Assembly (NCBI RefSeq): GCF_028641065.1
Contig: NC_073406.1
Span: 6,014,001-6,078,000 of the forward strand
From: Leucoraja erinacea
Lineage: Eukaryota
Length of the DNA stretch: 64,000 nt
Direction: 5' to 3'
Shown here: positions 50,101 to 62,890 of the stretch, in pieces
How the letters are laid out: the number at the start of each line of letters is the position of its first letter
How positions within the stretch are numbered: the first letter of the stretch is position 1
The notes under the pieces: model-generated
Databases searched by the model: none
Told to the model about the DNA's origin: nothing
Seen by the model: the letters and a program-made list of their open reading frames with translations, nothing else
Program-made: the position numbers and the translations under genes

Positions 50101-53100
50101 AACGAATTGAAGGTCAGATAGACATTGCTATTAAATAAGCTGTTAAATAAATAAAGCATCTCAAGAATAAAGTGGCAGAGTTTTTGATAGAATTGATGTG
50201 CTGTTTATGATAATTTTAGAACTCTTCTGCATACTTAGAGTTGGACCGTTCAGCCAGTGGAATTTATTTTTGTATTTAATTTCTTATCAATTTGCCTTGG
50301 GAATGTGTCATGGGTCAATGAAGGAGAAATTAAACTTTGAATGTAACGTGCTTCACCTCGTCTTGGGTATTGGATGGAATGATGCAAATCTGGTTTTGCA
50401 TCCAACCAACACTGCATCTATTTTCATATTTCATGGAATAGAGCAAAGTGGTCTAGGGGAGTCACTCAACGCTAAAACGATTCCTTTGGCACCATGTTCA
50501 CACCTACCATCAAGTATCTATCAATACCAATCCCAGTTACCACAACTTCAGCTGTAGCCAACATTGCCTTGGCAATTCAAATATTTCTTAAATGATGTGA
50601 GTGTACCTGCCTGCATCACCTTCTCAGCCAGTACTACAGATTGCTTTCATCATCAAGGTGAAAAATAAACTCTTCCTCAGAATGCATTGAAGTCTCGCGC
50701 TCGTCACCAGTAAACCTGTGCCCTCTGGTCTTATATATCTCTGTCATTGAAAAAAAGTTTCATGCTATCTACCTTCTGTCTGCTTCTCATAATTCTACAG
50801 TATATGCATCTATCAGGTCCCTCCTCAGACTCTAATGGTTTTCTGGTTGATTTCAGGCTTTTTATTGAGAATGCTTTCCTGTTAGATCATTGAATTCTCA
50901 ATGATACACCAAATCCAGTAGTACACATGGCATCAGAATGAAGCATTCTAAGAAGGACTAAAACATCTGCAGGACACAGCTAAACGTCTACAGAAGATAA
51001 ATAGGCTATCAATCTCTGTGGTGCTTCCTACTGGCTCAAAACCAATCACCCGTGTCATGTCCCTCCCTTATAGGTCCTGATCTCAGGGGGCCCGTTGGCA
51101 TTACCTCATTACTTTCACCCTAATAAGGGGTTGTTATTCACAGTTCTGCCTGGGTTTTTATCAGTTATAACCTTGAGTAAACAGACTGTTCTTTTCAAGG
51201 TGTCAGCAGTTTCCAACAAACTCACTCTGTCAATTTTCTGCATACCCCTAGGGTTCCCCCATGAGATTCCTCTTAAAGGCATCTGGCTAGTTTATACAAG
51301 CCCTGCACCCAAAATTAGATCAGAAGACACAGAATTAAAAAACGCTCATACAAACATATTTGAATATAGATTTACCTATTTCCATTGTAGGTTATTTCTC
51401 GACTACAATTTACATCAGTGTACCTGACATTGGAAGGGGAAATCTTTTCTTGCTCTTGATTACAGGATTGGGTTTGGATATTATTTGCCCAGTGTTGAAT
51501 AGAGATCCGCACTCTTCTTTTATTGGTGAATTTAAAGGAGATTCCAGATCCTGTACCCAACACGAGTCAAAGCAACAGGAGCGATGGGAAGAAAAGTTGA
51601 AAAAAAATTAAATCTTTGAGCTTTTTAGCTAGGGTCTAAAGCAACAACCAAATCATCTGACCGATAATAAGTGGCCTTGAAGATTTTAACTCCTGAGCAT
51701 TATTTGTGTAGGTGCAGCACATACCACCACAAAAACAAGTAAGCAGCAGCAGTAGCTGTCCAGGAAGCAGTGAAATGCCTTATCGTGGAAATAATCATTC
51801 TTGATATATTTAAATGTTCAGTGGAGTTTCAGTGGGGATGTGTTTGGACATGCCTGTTGATTCTGGTCTTACAAAGAAGAAACAAAACATCTCCATGGAC
51901 CACGTATGGGGCTGGATATTCCTCCTGATAAGCTTCTCAACAACGGAAAAATCCAGTAAAATACAGTAGAAGTTCTTTGTAGGCAATCAGGCGATGTAGT
52001 ATCTCACTGCATCCTGGATCAGAGATGATATGTTTCATTTGGGTTTTGTTGGTCCCGAGATCACTGATGCAAACGCTTCCACAGATGGGACAGAAGATGC
52101 ATGCCAGGCTAGACAAGTCTAGACAAGTCTAGACAAGTGGGTAATTTTGTGAGATGGTGTACACCTTCTGCCATTAATACAGGGCTTCTGTATTTACCTA
52201 GTGCATGGTATCAAGGTTATCAATACCATTTTAATGCTGCTCAACAGTCATGGACCAAAAATTGTCAAAAGTAAGGGAATATCGCATATTTTCATGGAGG
52301 CTTTGAGCACATCCGTGAATCTTTTTCTCTGCCCATCGGGTAATCTTCCTGTGACACATTTCATGTAAGATGCCAACGATTTAAGGGAGGGTATTTAATC
52401 GGGTATAACATTTTAAACATGTGAGAAAGAGTCAGTGTTTGTAAAGAAGTTCCAGTTTTTCCTATATGATGTTAACTGCAATGGCTCTATTCTGCTGGAT
52501 GGGCTGGATTAAAATAATTGCCTAACCTGTAGTTGGTAAGTTACTGGAGAGCATTCTGGGGGATAGGATATACAGGCATTTGGATGGGCAATGGCTGATT
52601 AGGGACAGTCAGCTTGGTCTTGTACGTGGGAGTTCGTGTCTCACAGATCGGATTGATATTTTTGAAGCCGTGAGCAAAAAGGTTGAAGAAGGTAGAGCTG
52701 TAGATGTTGTGTACATGGCATCATATTGTTAAATCTTCTCTGCACCCTTTCCAAAGCCTCCACATCATTCCTGTAATGGGGTGACCCGAATTGCGCACAT
52801 ACTCCAATCAAAATCCTACAAAGCATTATCATCATTTTCTGACTATTACTCAATGCTCTGATCTATGAAAGCACACATGCATAAAGGTCATGCTTTTAAT
52901 TGTATATTTTCTCCTTATATTCGACCTTCCAAAGTGCAACATCTCACAGACTTAATGTCATCAGCCAATTCTCTGCCCAGTTCTGTAGTCGATCCATAAT
53001 CCCACTGTATCTTCTGACAGCCTTCCTCATGTCTGCGATTTCAGCAATCTTGGAGTTCACTGTAAACTTACTAACCAGCCAGTCTATGTTTATGTCCAAG

Positions 53101-53323
53101 TAATTTATCCATACTAGACTAAGTGGGGCCCGTTGGGTCCCATGTTCGCATGGTCCCCCAATGCAATATTCCACCTCCCCACCATTTCCAATATTGGTGG
53201 CCAGTGGGGGGGGGGGGGGGGGGGGGGGGGGGGGGCTTCTGGAGTGCTAGTATGGGTGTTGTGGGCTGAAGGGACTGATTTCCAGGGGGCTAGTATGGAC
53301 ATAGAGGGTCAAATGGATTCTTG

Positions 53324-53415
53324 GGCTGGCATCTCAGTCACTCAGGCCTGGTGGGCTGGCAGCTCAGTCACCCAGGGCTGGTGGGCTGGCAGCTCAGTCA
53401 CCCAGGGCTGGTGGG
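53324..53415. repeat. 30-bp tandem repeat, about 3 copies
   Basis: Unit GGCTGGCAGCTCAGTCACCCAGGGCTGGTG. Confidence 0.85.
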
Positions 53416-53456
53416 GGCTGGTGGGCAGCACAGTCATGGCTATTCCTTGAAATTTA

Positions 53457-53676
53457 ATTTCAAGCAGAGTGCAGGCTAGCACATTCAATTTCATAGCATT
53501 TCAAGCAGAGTGCAGGCCACCACATCCAATTTCATAGCATTTCAAGCAGAACGCTGGTCACCACATTCAATTTCATAGCATTTCAAGCAGAGTGCAGGCC
53601 ATCACATTCAATTTCATAGCATTTCAGGCAGAGTGCAGGCCACCACATTGAATTTCAGGCAGAGTGCAGGCCACCA
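53457..53676. repeat. 41-bp tandem repeat, about 5 copies
   Basis: Unit ATTTCAAGCAGAGTGCAGGCCACCACATTCAATTTCATAGC. Confidence 0.88.
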
Positions 53677-56600
53677 AATTGCCAAACAACTCATTGCATT
53701 GTCATTAAAGGCTAACAAATCATTTATTGCAAGTACATTGCAGACTCACTGTTCAGTTGATTCACAGCTTAGAATGACAGTTGTGGTCTCTCCCTCGCGA
53801 TCTTCCAGAGTGACTGACTAATATCCAGGCATCCGGGGTTTTATAGTCCTGCATGGAGACCTACGATTGGTAATCAGATGAGTGATTAATTGAGCTAAGG
53901 AAGGTATGGAGTTAGATACAGAGAGACCCATTGGCATAGAATAATGAGAATTGAAGGATGAATTATATTGGAATCAGGAAGAGGGGGAATAATATAAGAA
54001 TTAGATGAAAATTATTTTCATCTATTTTGGAAAATTATTCTAGATATTTGAAATATCAAAATAATTGACTAAGTCTGTATCTTTTTACTTTGGGAATTCG
54101 TGTGAATTCTAATGAACATCCCTAAACAGGGCAGTTATCTTATTCATGTTGAAATTGGGATATATTACCAATTTCAGTTGAAGCAACAATAGGCCTCAGG
54201 CATTACCCAGAGCCTTCTGCCAGTTTATGTTCAGTGAGATGAGATAATTAGGCTAAGCCGTTAAGATCTTACAGTTAAATAGCATCTCTATAATAATCAT
54301 TAAACTCTGCAGCACACAACTATTTGTTTTATTCCATATTTAATTCTTCATGTGTTATACTTCATTAAACAAACTATAAATGCATGTTGGTGTTCAGAAA
54401 ATTATTCCAGGTGGAACACATCTTGTCATGTTGCACATGACGCATCTGCCTTGAATGTCTTCTTGAATGTAATTCATCCCAATCTTTGAATTAATTTGTT
54501 TGTAACTATTATCCCTATTATTCTCAGTGCAACATTTAATTCTGTTCTGTGCATTATTTAGGTCCTTTGGTTGAAGAGTTGACATTTTGTGCTGTTAACA
54601 TTTCTTGCTCTTTTGTTCTCTAATTTATAACAGCTGTTATCAGACCTCTGTATTTCCCATTGAGTCGACTGTGTTACTGTCCAGAGTTTTCTGCAGTGCT
54701 GCACATTGGTTCATTGCTCACTTCCTTCATCAGCTCCCCGGAGGATATTTAATATTATTTTTGTTCAGCTGTTTTTCTCTTCTCTTGCTTTAGAAACAAT
54801 GTCATCTGACCTTGAAGTCCCAAACACCAAGCAGCACAGAATTCTTATCTAATTATAGGCAGCTGTTACTAACCGCAGCTCTAATTCTCTTGTTCGTCCA
54901 AATAATCATATAACAATTTCCCCTGTAGGAATGGGTGGAGCCCTCTCAGGTTTCTTGACTATTTAATTAGGTCATGGATGATGGTACCTCAACTCCATTC
55001 TTCAGGTCATGTCCCTTGATACCCATATTCTTTAAAAGTTTGATTTCTGTGAATGTTAGTTGTCCTAAACAGTGATCTTCATTTCAGGACATGTGTGCAT
55101 TGGTGATTTATTTTGCTCTATCATTGGTGGCTGTGCCTTCACCTGTCTGAACTGTGAGCTCTGAAATTCCATTTAACACTCTTCTTTGATACATTCCTTC
55201 AAAGTATTTTCATCCAAGGTTTGGGCCATCTGTACTATTATCTTATTATGTGGTATATTTTTATTGTCTAACTATGCTGGGATGTGTTACTTCATTAAAT
55301 ATCCTATATTAATGTGTTGTTGGTGTTAAAATAGTTCCAGATTTCTCCAGCATTAGGTAGAATTCATGACTTTGCTGCCCTGTAGACAATATCCAGTTTT
55401 AAGATTGCATTCATTATTCTAGAATATCCCATTTGGGTGGATGTATTTTCAAATGTAATTATGTCATTTAGAGCACTCAGCAACCAGCTGAAATCAAGGG
55501 AAAGCAAGTAATATTTTTGAAAACACATAATGTAACTTTTTCTACTAAGAATAATTATTTTGAGTCTGCATCATACCCGCCCAAGCCAAGCCACTTTCTA
55601 AAGGCGTGACGCCCAAAATTGAATGGAGTCCAGAATTGAAGATGTCTCGCCAAAGTTTCATATAACTGAAGAAAAACAGCCTCTTAGTTCATTTTAGTGT
55701 CATTGGTGGGGGAGCTGGTGGGAGGGGGGGAAGAGGTGTAGAAAGAAGGATTTGTGGAGCATGGAAATTTGAGGGACTGAAAAGGCAAGAGTGGGAGCGA
55801 GAGATCTTTAAGTCTAGGTTAATACGCAATTGTAATAGTTTCATCCTATGATCCCATTCTTAGTAGTATTAGGAAAGGCACAATTCCACCATTTCCACAA
55901 CCTCTCTCTGCACATTGTATTCCATGTTCTACACTGCACTGCACTAGGTCACCCAGGGCACTCTGGTCGCACTCTTATATTGACCACCTCAACTATCAAC
56001 AAGTATAAATGCAATAATGGCATGGGAACCTATCCACCTGCAGGTTCCCCTCTAAGCTGGTCCTTCGTTGTCATTGGGTCTAAATCCTGGAACACCCTAC
56101 ACAACAATGACATAGTGTACCTTCACCTGAAGAAATACAATAGTTGGAAAAGACGGCTCATCGTCACCTTGTCAGGGGGATTGGGATGAGCAATACATAC
56201 TGGCGTGGCAGGTGATGGTCAGTTTCCAAACATAAATATACTGTATATACAATAACATTAACAGATAACCTGTAAGAAGCTTCACCACATACTTACAAAG
56301 GTACAGGCATTAGCTGATCTATCCACTGGTTTGATAAAAAACAACTCCCTACTGTCAAGCTCTATACTTTAACAAGTGTCAGGTTGGACCACCTTTAGAT
56401 TAAAAGAATGTGGGCTCAATCCAGTCTTGAACATGTAAATTAAGATGACACATACCTTCCTGTCCTACACAGATTTAAGGTGCCATGCATTAGTTAAGCA
56501 CTTGTTGAAATCTATGTAGAGGTCTTGCTTACAGATTCAGATAATTTTTAATGTTCTTTCAAGATTTGAAGATAAGCTGAGTTCTCGTGTCTTAACAAAT

Positions 56601-57554
56601 TTTGATTGATTAAGCATTCAATGGATATGAGGGTCAGACACAGGATCAGCATGATCTTATTGAAGGACAGGTAACTTGAGGGGTTGTATGCTGTTCTTTC
56701 TTATTTTTTTGCACCGTTGAAATAAATATCACAGTCACAGAAAGAGACTTTAAGGCTTCTAAAAGGAATAGAAGGAGGTGGAAAAGTTGAACAAGGAAAT
56801 TCTAGAACTGCCGATGGTGACCACAAAAGTTCAGGTATGTGAAAGAGATCGGCACAAGAGGACCATGGGGACCTCAATGAGTTTTGAATACAGAGATTAC
56901 AAACACAAAAAGACATGAGCCATAGCAGGATTTCAAAATGTAGCATTAGTTCAGCATTAACTAATTCATTATATTTGAAAGACAAAACGACCTGAAATTG
57001 CAAATATTTATTTAATTGTACTTCCAGACATACTTAAGAAGGCTTGAATTATTTCTATCAAATGACCAATACTGTTAACTTTAACTAAACTACAATCCAA
57101 GATAATTTCCATATCTTCAATCCAGCCAATGAAACTTTTAAATTCACACCAGGTGCTGATCCGGTATCACTATTTTCTGGAATTACTCCATGTTAAAACT
57201 AGCTCAACCTTGAAAATATCCCTTTACATTCCAAGTAACTGAATGTGTAAACTGAAAAAAACATTATCTGACATAGTTATTTAGTAGAACATGCTGTATG
57301 ATGAAGGTTACAGAGTTTATATTCTGAGGTTAAAATGGATTTGAACCTTGAATTACAGGGAACTATATTTAGTATTTTTCTTTAGAATCTTCCAGAATAT
57401 TGGGTGGTGCATTGAGTTATGGTCTGTGTTTTGCAACATACATTAAAATCAGTACAGACCAATTGCAGTGAAGTTGTAGAAAATACAGTTCAGCCCATGG
57501 GTACTGTATTGGTACCAGATTATGAACAGACTCCATACTTTTTCCATCCCTCTT

Positions 57555-57790
57555 CCCATCAGAACTGCCCCCTCCATCGACTCCTTTAAGTCAGGACTTA
57601 AAACTCATCTTTACTCTCAAGCCTGTCTTGACGTCCTCTGAGGGAGGGCTATATGTATGTATTTATGTATGTACTTAATCTATGAACCACTGTTGTATAA
57701 CGTTAGTACATCCACCAATGTAAAGCACTTTGGCCAATGAGAGTTGTTTATTTAATGTACTATAGAAATAAAAGTGACATGACTTGTACA
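57555..57790 (+). mobile_element. L2-type LINE 3' tail
   Basis: SIDSFKSGLKTHLYSQA then tgtaaagcactttg...tatagaaataaa and (tgact)n-like tail. Confidence 0.6.
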
Positions 57791-59067
57791 CCTACTTACT
57801 TTCTAAGATGCCTTCATTTCTACCACTCTGGCATGTAATTACACTGTAACACTAAATGCTGGACGTCTGCCCCTTTTTTTGTGCAGGAAGCAGATGTCTG
57901 TACAAAATGCTCTCAACGGGCTGCAGACATGCCTCCTGACTGTTCCATTTAGCCAGCAGAGGCTGCAGTCTGGAAAAGCGTCTATGGGGCACATTTGTGG
58001 GCATTGCCAAATATTTTTTAGTGGGGGGGAGAAATGTTGATATTTCTAGGGGGGGGGGAGGGGTGGGAGGGGGCAGGACTCTCAAATTCTGCAGTGTCAC
58101 AGGAATTTTCATAAGACCACACAGCTAAAAGTGCACAGGTCTGCTGTGGCCCAGATCACAATAACCTCTGGAGTATTGCCAAACCTGACCACGGCCATCC
58201 ACTGAGAAACTACTGTCTGCTTCCTCATGGATACATTAAAGTTAAGTGAGACATTGTCGTCTTCATTTCCCTGAGGGAAGGAAGAAGCATTAGAGAGTTG
58301 TATCGCCAACAAATCTTGGTGCTTGGGAGCCACAGTATCCACCAAGTGGACCGTCTCCTCTGGACTAATTCATCTCGCAGTCTGACGGCTCCCTATGTCT
58401 TAAGTGACAATTGACAATCCTGTATACCTTGGTCGGGAAGAAAACGAGACGTTAATGAGGTGGACCCATAATTAGCGCATTTAAAAGGTTTGTGAGTGAA
58501 TGTGGAGGAGTGAGGAATTATCTGGCTGTCAGTGAGTGGGAGATTAGCAGAGGTAAGCAGGTGTCTGTTTGATCAGTCTTGCATCATAAGGTATGCATAG
58601 TGATCTCTCATTCTTGCCTATCTTGAGGTTATGATACTTTTACTTATATAGTTGCATACTATAGTGTACGGGCTGGAAGTCAGCTCTGCTGCCACCTCTT
58701 GCCAATCAAACCTGTTGTTGCTATAAACATCATCGTGGTCACCTTTCACAAAAGTCATCTTTCCTATTAGCAATTTCAAAGTGTTTAATGGTGAATCTCT
58801 GAGTTTGCATCCCCTCTGTTCTGTTATTTTAGGATTCATGACAAGTTCCACCAATAACGTGCAGCACCAGACAATCATCAAGTACTCCATTGTGGGTTTT
58901 CCTGTAGCCTGCAGAAGGTTTTTTTTGCGGTTCTCATTTCCGTGAAACCTTTTAATGACTAGAGTCCTGACACCACGGCTATGTAGCTAGATGTCTCAAA
59001 AAATGGACTTGAAATTTCTGTAGAGATCAAAAACAAAGAATTTGAAAAATAAGGATTCTAATGCTTT

Positions 59068-59452
59068 TAGAAACATAGAAACATAGAAATTAGGTGCAGG
59101 AGTAGGCCATTCGGCCCTTCGAGCCTGCACCGCCATTTAATATGATCATGGCTGATCATCCAACTCAGTATCCCGTACCTGCCTTCTCTCCATACCCTCT
59201 GATCCCCTTGGCCACAAGGGCCACATCTAACTCCCTCTTAAATATAGCCAATGAACTGGCCTCAACTACCCTCTGTGGCAGAGAGTTCCAGAGATTCACC
59301 ACTCTCTCTGTGTGAAAAAAGTTCTCCTCATCTCGGTTTTAAAGGATTTCCCCCTTATCCTTAAGCTGTGACCCCTTGTCCTGGACTTCCCCAACATCGG
59401 GAACAATCTTCCTGCATCTAGCCTGTCCAACCCCTTAAGAATTTTGTAAGTT
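59068..59452 (-). mobile_element. CR1/HER1-type LINE 3' end (young copy)
   Basis: TYKILKGLDRLDAGRLFPMLGKSRTRGHSLRIRG; (ATAGAAAC)n tail. Confidence 0.88.
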
Positions 59453-59601
59453 TTGCACTTAATTTTCAATTTAAGGATGTGCACAGTTAGCAACTTCTAA
59501 AAATAACACCACAACAAAATGCAATGTTACTTTAATATTCCAATTTGAGAGCAAATAACATTGACCAAAACATAATATTTCTGATTCTTTTTTTTTAACA
59601 G

Positions 59602-59628
59602 TGAAATTGAACCTTGCCTACACGAACG
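59602..59628 (+). CDS. MXRA8: MXRA8 exon 2, 27-nt microexon (VKLNLAYTN)
   Basis: T-rich tract, then aacag|...|gtaagt; frame-preserving phase 1 to 1 between exons 1 and 3. Confidence 0.72.
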
Positions 59629-59859
59629 GTAAGTGGTTGTTTGCTTGTTTTCTTATAAATATTTAAATGGGAAGTAAATACTTGTAACTTCATTTCTCTG
59701 CAGATTTGCAGATTGCATGTCTGGACACGCTTCATGGAAAAAAAATCTTTAATTTGTATAAAATGTGAAAAATACACTGTAGGATTGTCATATTAACATT
59801 AAATGTATCTATTTATTTATCAATCTGTTCATTTATTTATTTATCTGTTTGTTTATTTT

Positions 59860-60790
59860 TTTAATTCTTTATTTCGAACAGAATAAAAGAATAAAAAGCA
59901 AGTGTGAAACAGCATACAAAAAACAAAGCAAGAATATTTATAAAGTGTCATAAACAATATCTATAAGTAAATGAAATCCAATGTGTCCGAAAAGGAGCAG
60001 GAAGAAGCCAAAGCTTATTAATTCCCACCCCTTATTCAACTGCTTGTAATTATCTTATACAAATTTAGCAGCTATATGTACACCATATGTCCACCAGCAG
60101 CTATATGTACACCAAATTATTTACATTTATACACTAATCAAATATTTACAAAGCCATACAAAAAAGAGAGAAAAAAATAAAAAAGAAAAAAGAAAAAACC
60201 CTCATATACAGCATACAATATATGTACCCAGCAGCTATATATAAAACTTATTTACATTTATACACTAATCAAATATTTACAAAGCCATACAAAAAAGAGA
60301 GAAAAAAAGAAAAAAGAAAAGAAAAAACCCTCATACACTATACAGTATCTTAGTCGTATAAACCCATCACCCTATAATCATCCTTCCCAGTACAATCAGT
60401 ATAACAAATATCCCACTCACAATCACCTATCCTCATCCCAATATCCTTTTAAACAAGTGTTTCTGTACATCTTTTTAAACTGAATTATGTTTGTGCTAAG
60501 TTTTATCTCCTGTTCCAGACCATTCCACAAATTCACACCACAGATTGCTATGCACATACTTTTAAGAGTTGTTCTGACATTGAGTTTTTTTAAATTATGT
60601 TCCCCTCAAATTATACCCACCCCGTCTTTCCATAAACAGTATTTGTATATTTCTTGGAAGTAAATTATTTCTTGCTTTGTGCATGATTTGCGCAGTCTTA
60701 AATTGAACCAGATCGGTGAACTTCAGTGTATGTGACTTTAAGAATAATAAATTGGTATGTATGGTACAGGCTATATGAATTAACATATAG
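59860..60790 (-). mobile_element. L2-clade (Crack/Daphne-like) LINE 3' end with internally duplicated 3' UTR
   Basis: HTNLLFLKSHTLKFTDLVQFKTAQIMHKARNNLLP..YNLRG; ~130-bp tandem duplication within ~60095-60335. Confidence 0.65.
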
Positions 60791-61277
60791 CCTGTAGTGG
60801 GTATAGAGCCTTAACCACGATCATGAGTCTTCAAATAGTTTGATGCTCAAATCACTGAGTTTGATCATGGCCTGGGGAAGATGGCATAGTGTAACGGTGA
60901 CGGGTGGAGGGAGATAGTGAAACGCATTTGGCTGATCTTCCAGTTCAGCCTTGCACTACAAAGCCCTAATAGATGCTTCCTCCTGCAGTAATGTGGTACA
61001 CTTTCCCCATTTATGCTTAAAAGGGAATATCGCACTGGGAATTTGTCATCCCATTGTACCCAATACAGACATTTCCAGTGACACAAGATAACCTGGAAAT
61101 TATTGTTATTATTATTATGTTTCACTCTAGAAAATGTTTTCAATTGCATGACAATGATAATTACACAATGGAATTTCATGACAAACAAAGAAATTCTTGC
61201 CAACAAAGTTAATGCAACAAGGAAAATGCAGTTTACATCAATTAAGTAAAATCATTTATACTATTTTATTTATCTAG

Positions 61278-61574
61278 TTCCTGCAAATGCCATAAACCCC
61301 GATAGTGTTGTGTTGGCTTATCAAAACGTGTCTGCTCCGGCTGGGTCGGAAGTTGTACTGCAGTGCTACAGTCAACGGATGGTATGGACACAGGACAGAT
61401 TGATAGATCGTCAACGTGTGGCCCATTGGGATTCATTCTCTGACCATAAGTTCAATCGTATTCTCGATATGTTCTCAGCGGATGAACAACGACTCTATAA
61501 CCCCTATGATCAGGGTCGGATAATGATGTCACCCTCTGCTTTCTCCAGTGGAAACTTCTCTTTAGTAATAAAAG
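61278..61574 (+). CDS. MXRA8: MXRA8 exon 3 (Ig domain)
   Basis: VPANAINPDSVVLAYQNVSAPAGSEVVLQCYSQRMVWTQDRLIDRQRVAHWD...GNFSLVIK|gtaaaa; RMVWTQDRLxDRQRVxHWD is diagnostic of MXRA8. Confidence 0.96.
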
Positions 61575-61699
61575 GTAAAAAAATATCAAATTGTTTTGCT
61601 CTTTCTATTTCCGACTTTAAATACACTGTAATGGACTAAATTAGCAAAGCTTATTAAATAATATTAGATATAGTAATACTGTATTGAAAATAGTTTTTG

Positions 61700-62115
61700 T
61701 TTTCTCTGGAATGTCGGAAGTTGAGGGAATACTTGATAGATGTATATTAAATTATGAGATAGGATAGACATAGCATAGATAGGGTAGACAGTCAGAACCC
61801 TTTTCCCATGGTGGAGATGTCCAACACTAGAGGGCGTAGCTATAAGGTGAGAGGCAGACAGTTTAATGGAGATGTACGGGGCAGGTTTTCTTTACGCAGA
61901 GGGTGGTGGGGACCTGGAATCCATTGCCAGGAGTGGTAGTGGAGGCAGATACGATAGTGGCATTTAAGAGGCTTTTAGATAGGCACATGGAAGTGAAGAG
62001 AATGGAGGGATATGGATCATGTGAAGGTAGATGAGATCAGTTCAACTAGGCAACATGTTCGACACACACATCATGGGCTGAAGGGCCCGTTTCTGAGCTG
62101 TACTATTCTATGGTC
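61700..62115 (+). mobile_element. CR1-type LINE 3' fragment (second subfamily)
   Basis: TRGRSYKVRG..F.GDVRG.F.TQRVVG.WN-like translation; related pieces at ~23460-23690, 32660-33090 and 35230-35810. Confidence 0.75.
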
Positions 62116-62777
62116 TGAGACAAGTGGTGTACTGTGGTCACAACCATAAAGGGTATCATTTGGGACTGGTTGGTGTTGGTTCATTGTTGTGGCCGAGGGA
62201 AAAAATGTAATTGCAGGGAACAAAATAAGAAGTTACGGGAAAGATGAGCATAGTTTTTCAACAGGTCCATAATAGGAACACATAATCTGGAAGTTCAGTC
62301 ATAAAAGTTGAGACAATTATACTTTCTCTTTTCTGTTTTGTGAAGTAAATCTGACCTGCAACCTTCGAAAGAAATTTCATGGCTCTGCAGTATGATTTGT
62401 GGATGGATATTTAGTTCAAACGCCTAGATCAGTCTCTTCCAATACCTGGAAATGAATGGGAATGGGGATTTAAAATATGTACTTTTTCCTGAAGGTTCCA
62501 TTTAAGTATTTTGCAAGTAATGACTATAAAAGCTTGGATAATTATTGCCAGTTATACTGTGTAATGGTGGGTACATAAAGTATGGAGATTTAATGTAAAA
62601 CCATTTTGGAGGGAATCCTCTCACTGTTGGAATCCCTTTTATTGTCAATTCTTTGATGTTCGTGCTGAAAATGAGAACGGAAGCGACTAATGGTGGTTTA
62701 ATTTTATTAGTAACACCACATCTACCAAGTAACATCAAATAAAAATGATAACCCCATCTATTTTGCCTCATTTACAG

Positions 62778-62879
62778 ATGTTAGAGCAACTGACCGAGGA
62801 ATTTATTCCTGTCATCTCCACCACCATTATTGTCACCTTTATGAAACAGTAAATATTCAACTCAATATCACCAAAGCAG
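62778..62879 (+). CDS. MXRA8: MXRA8 exon 4 (102 nt); gene continues beyond the window
   Basis: ttacag|DVRATDRGIYSCHLHHHYCHLYETVNIQLNITKA|gtaact; YxCxLHHHYC motif of MXRA8. Confidence 0.95.
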
Positions 62880-62890
62880 GTAACTGAATA

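Larger units (their letters stand above)
53114..53850 (-). mobile_element. Non-autonomous Helitron-like element with internal minisatellites
   Basis: Minus-strand 3' end: GC hairpin GGGACCC-AAC-GGGCCCC then ...CTAG|T at 53114. It interrupts a LINE fragment; the right boundary is uncertain. Confidence 0.6.

Noticed and set aside
53324-53676. Regularly spaced 30-41 bp repeats resembling a CRISPR array
   Set aside because: Units are contiguous with no unique spacers, the context is vertebrate and there are no cas genes.
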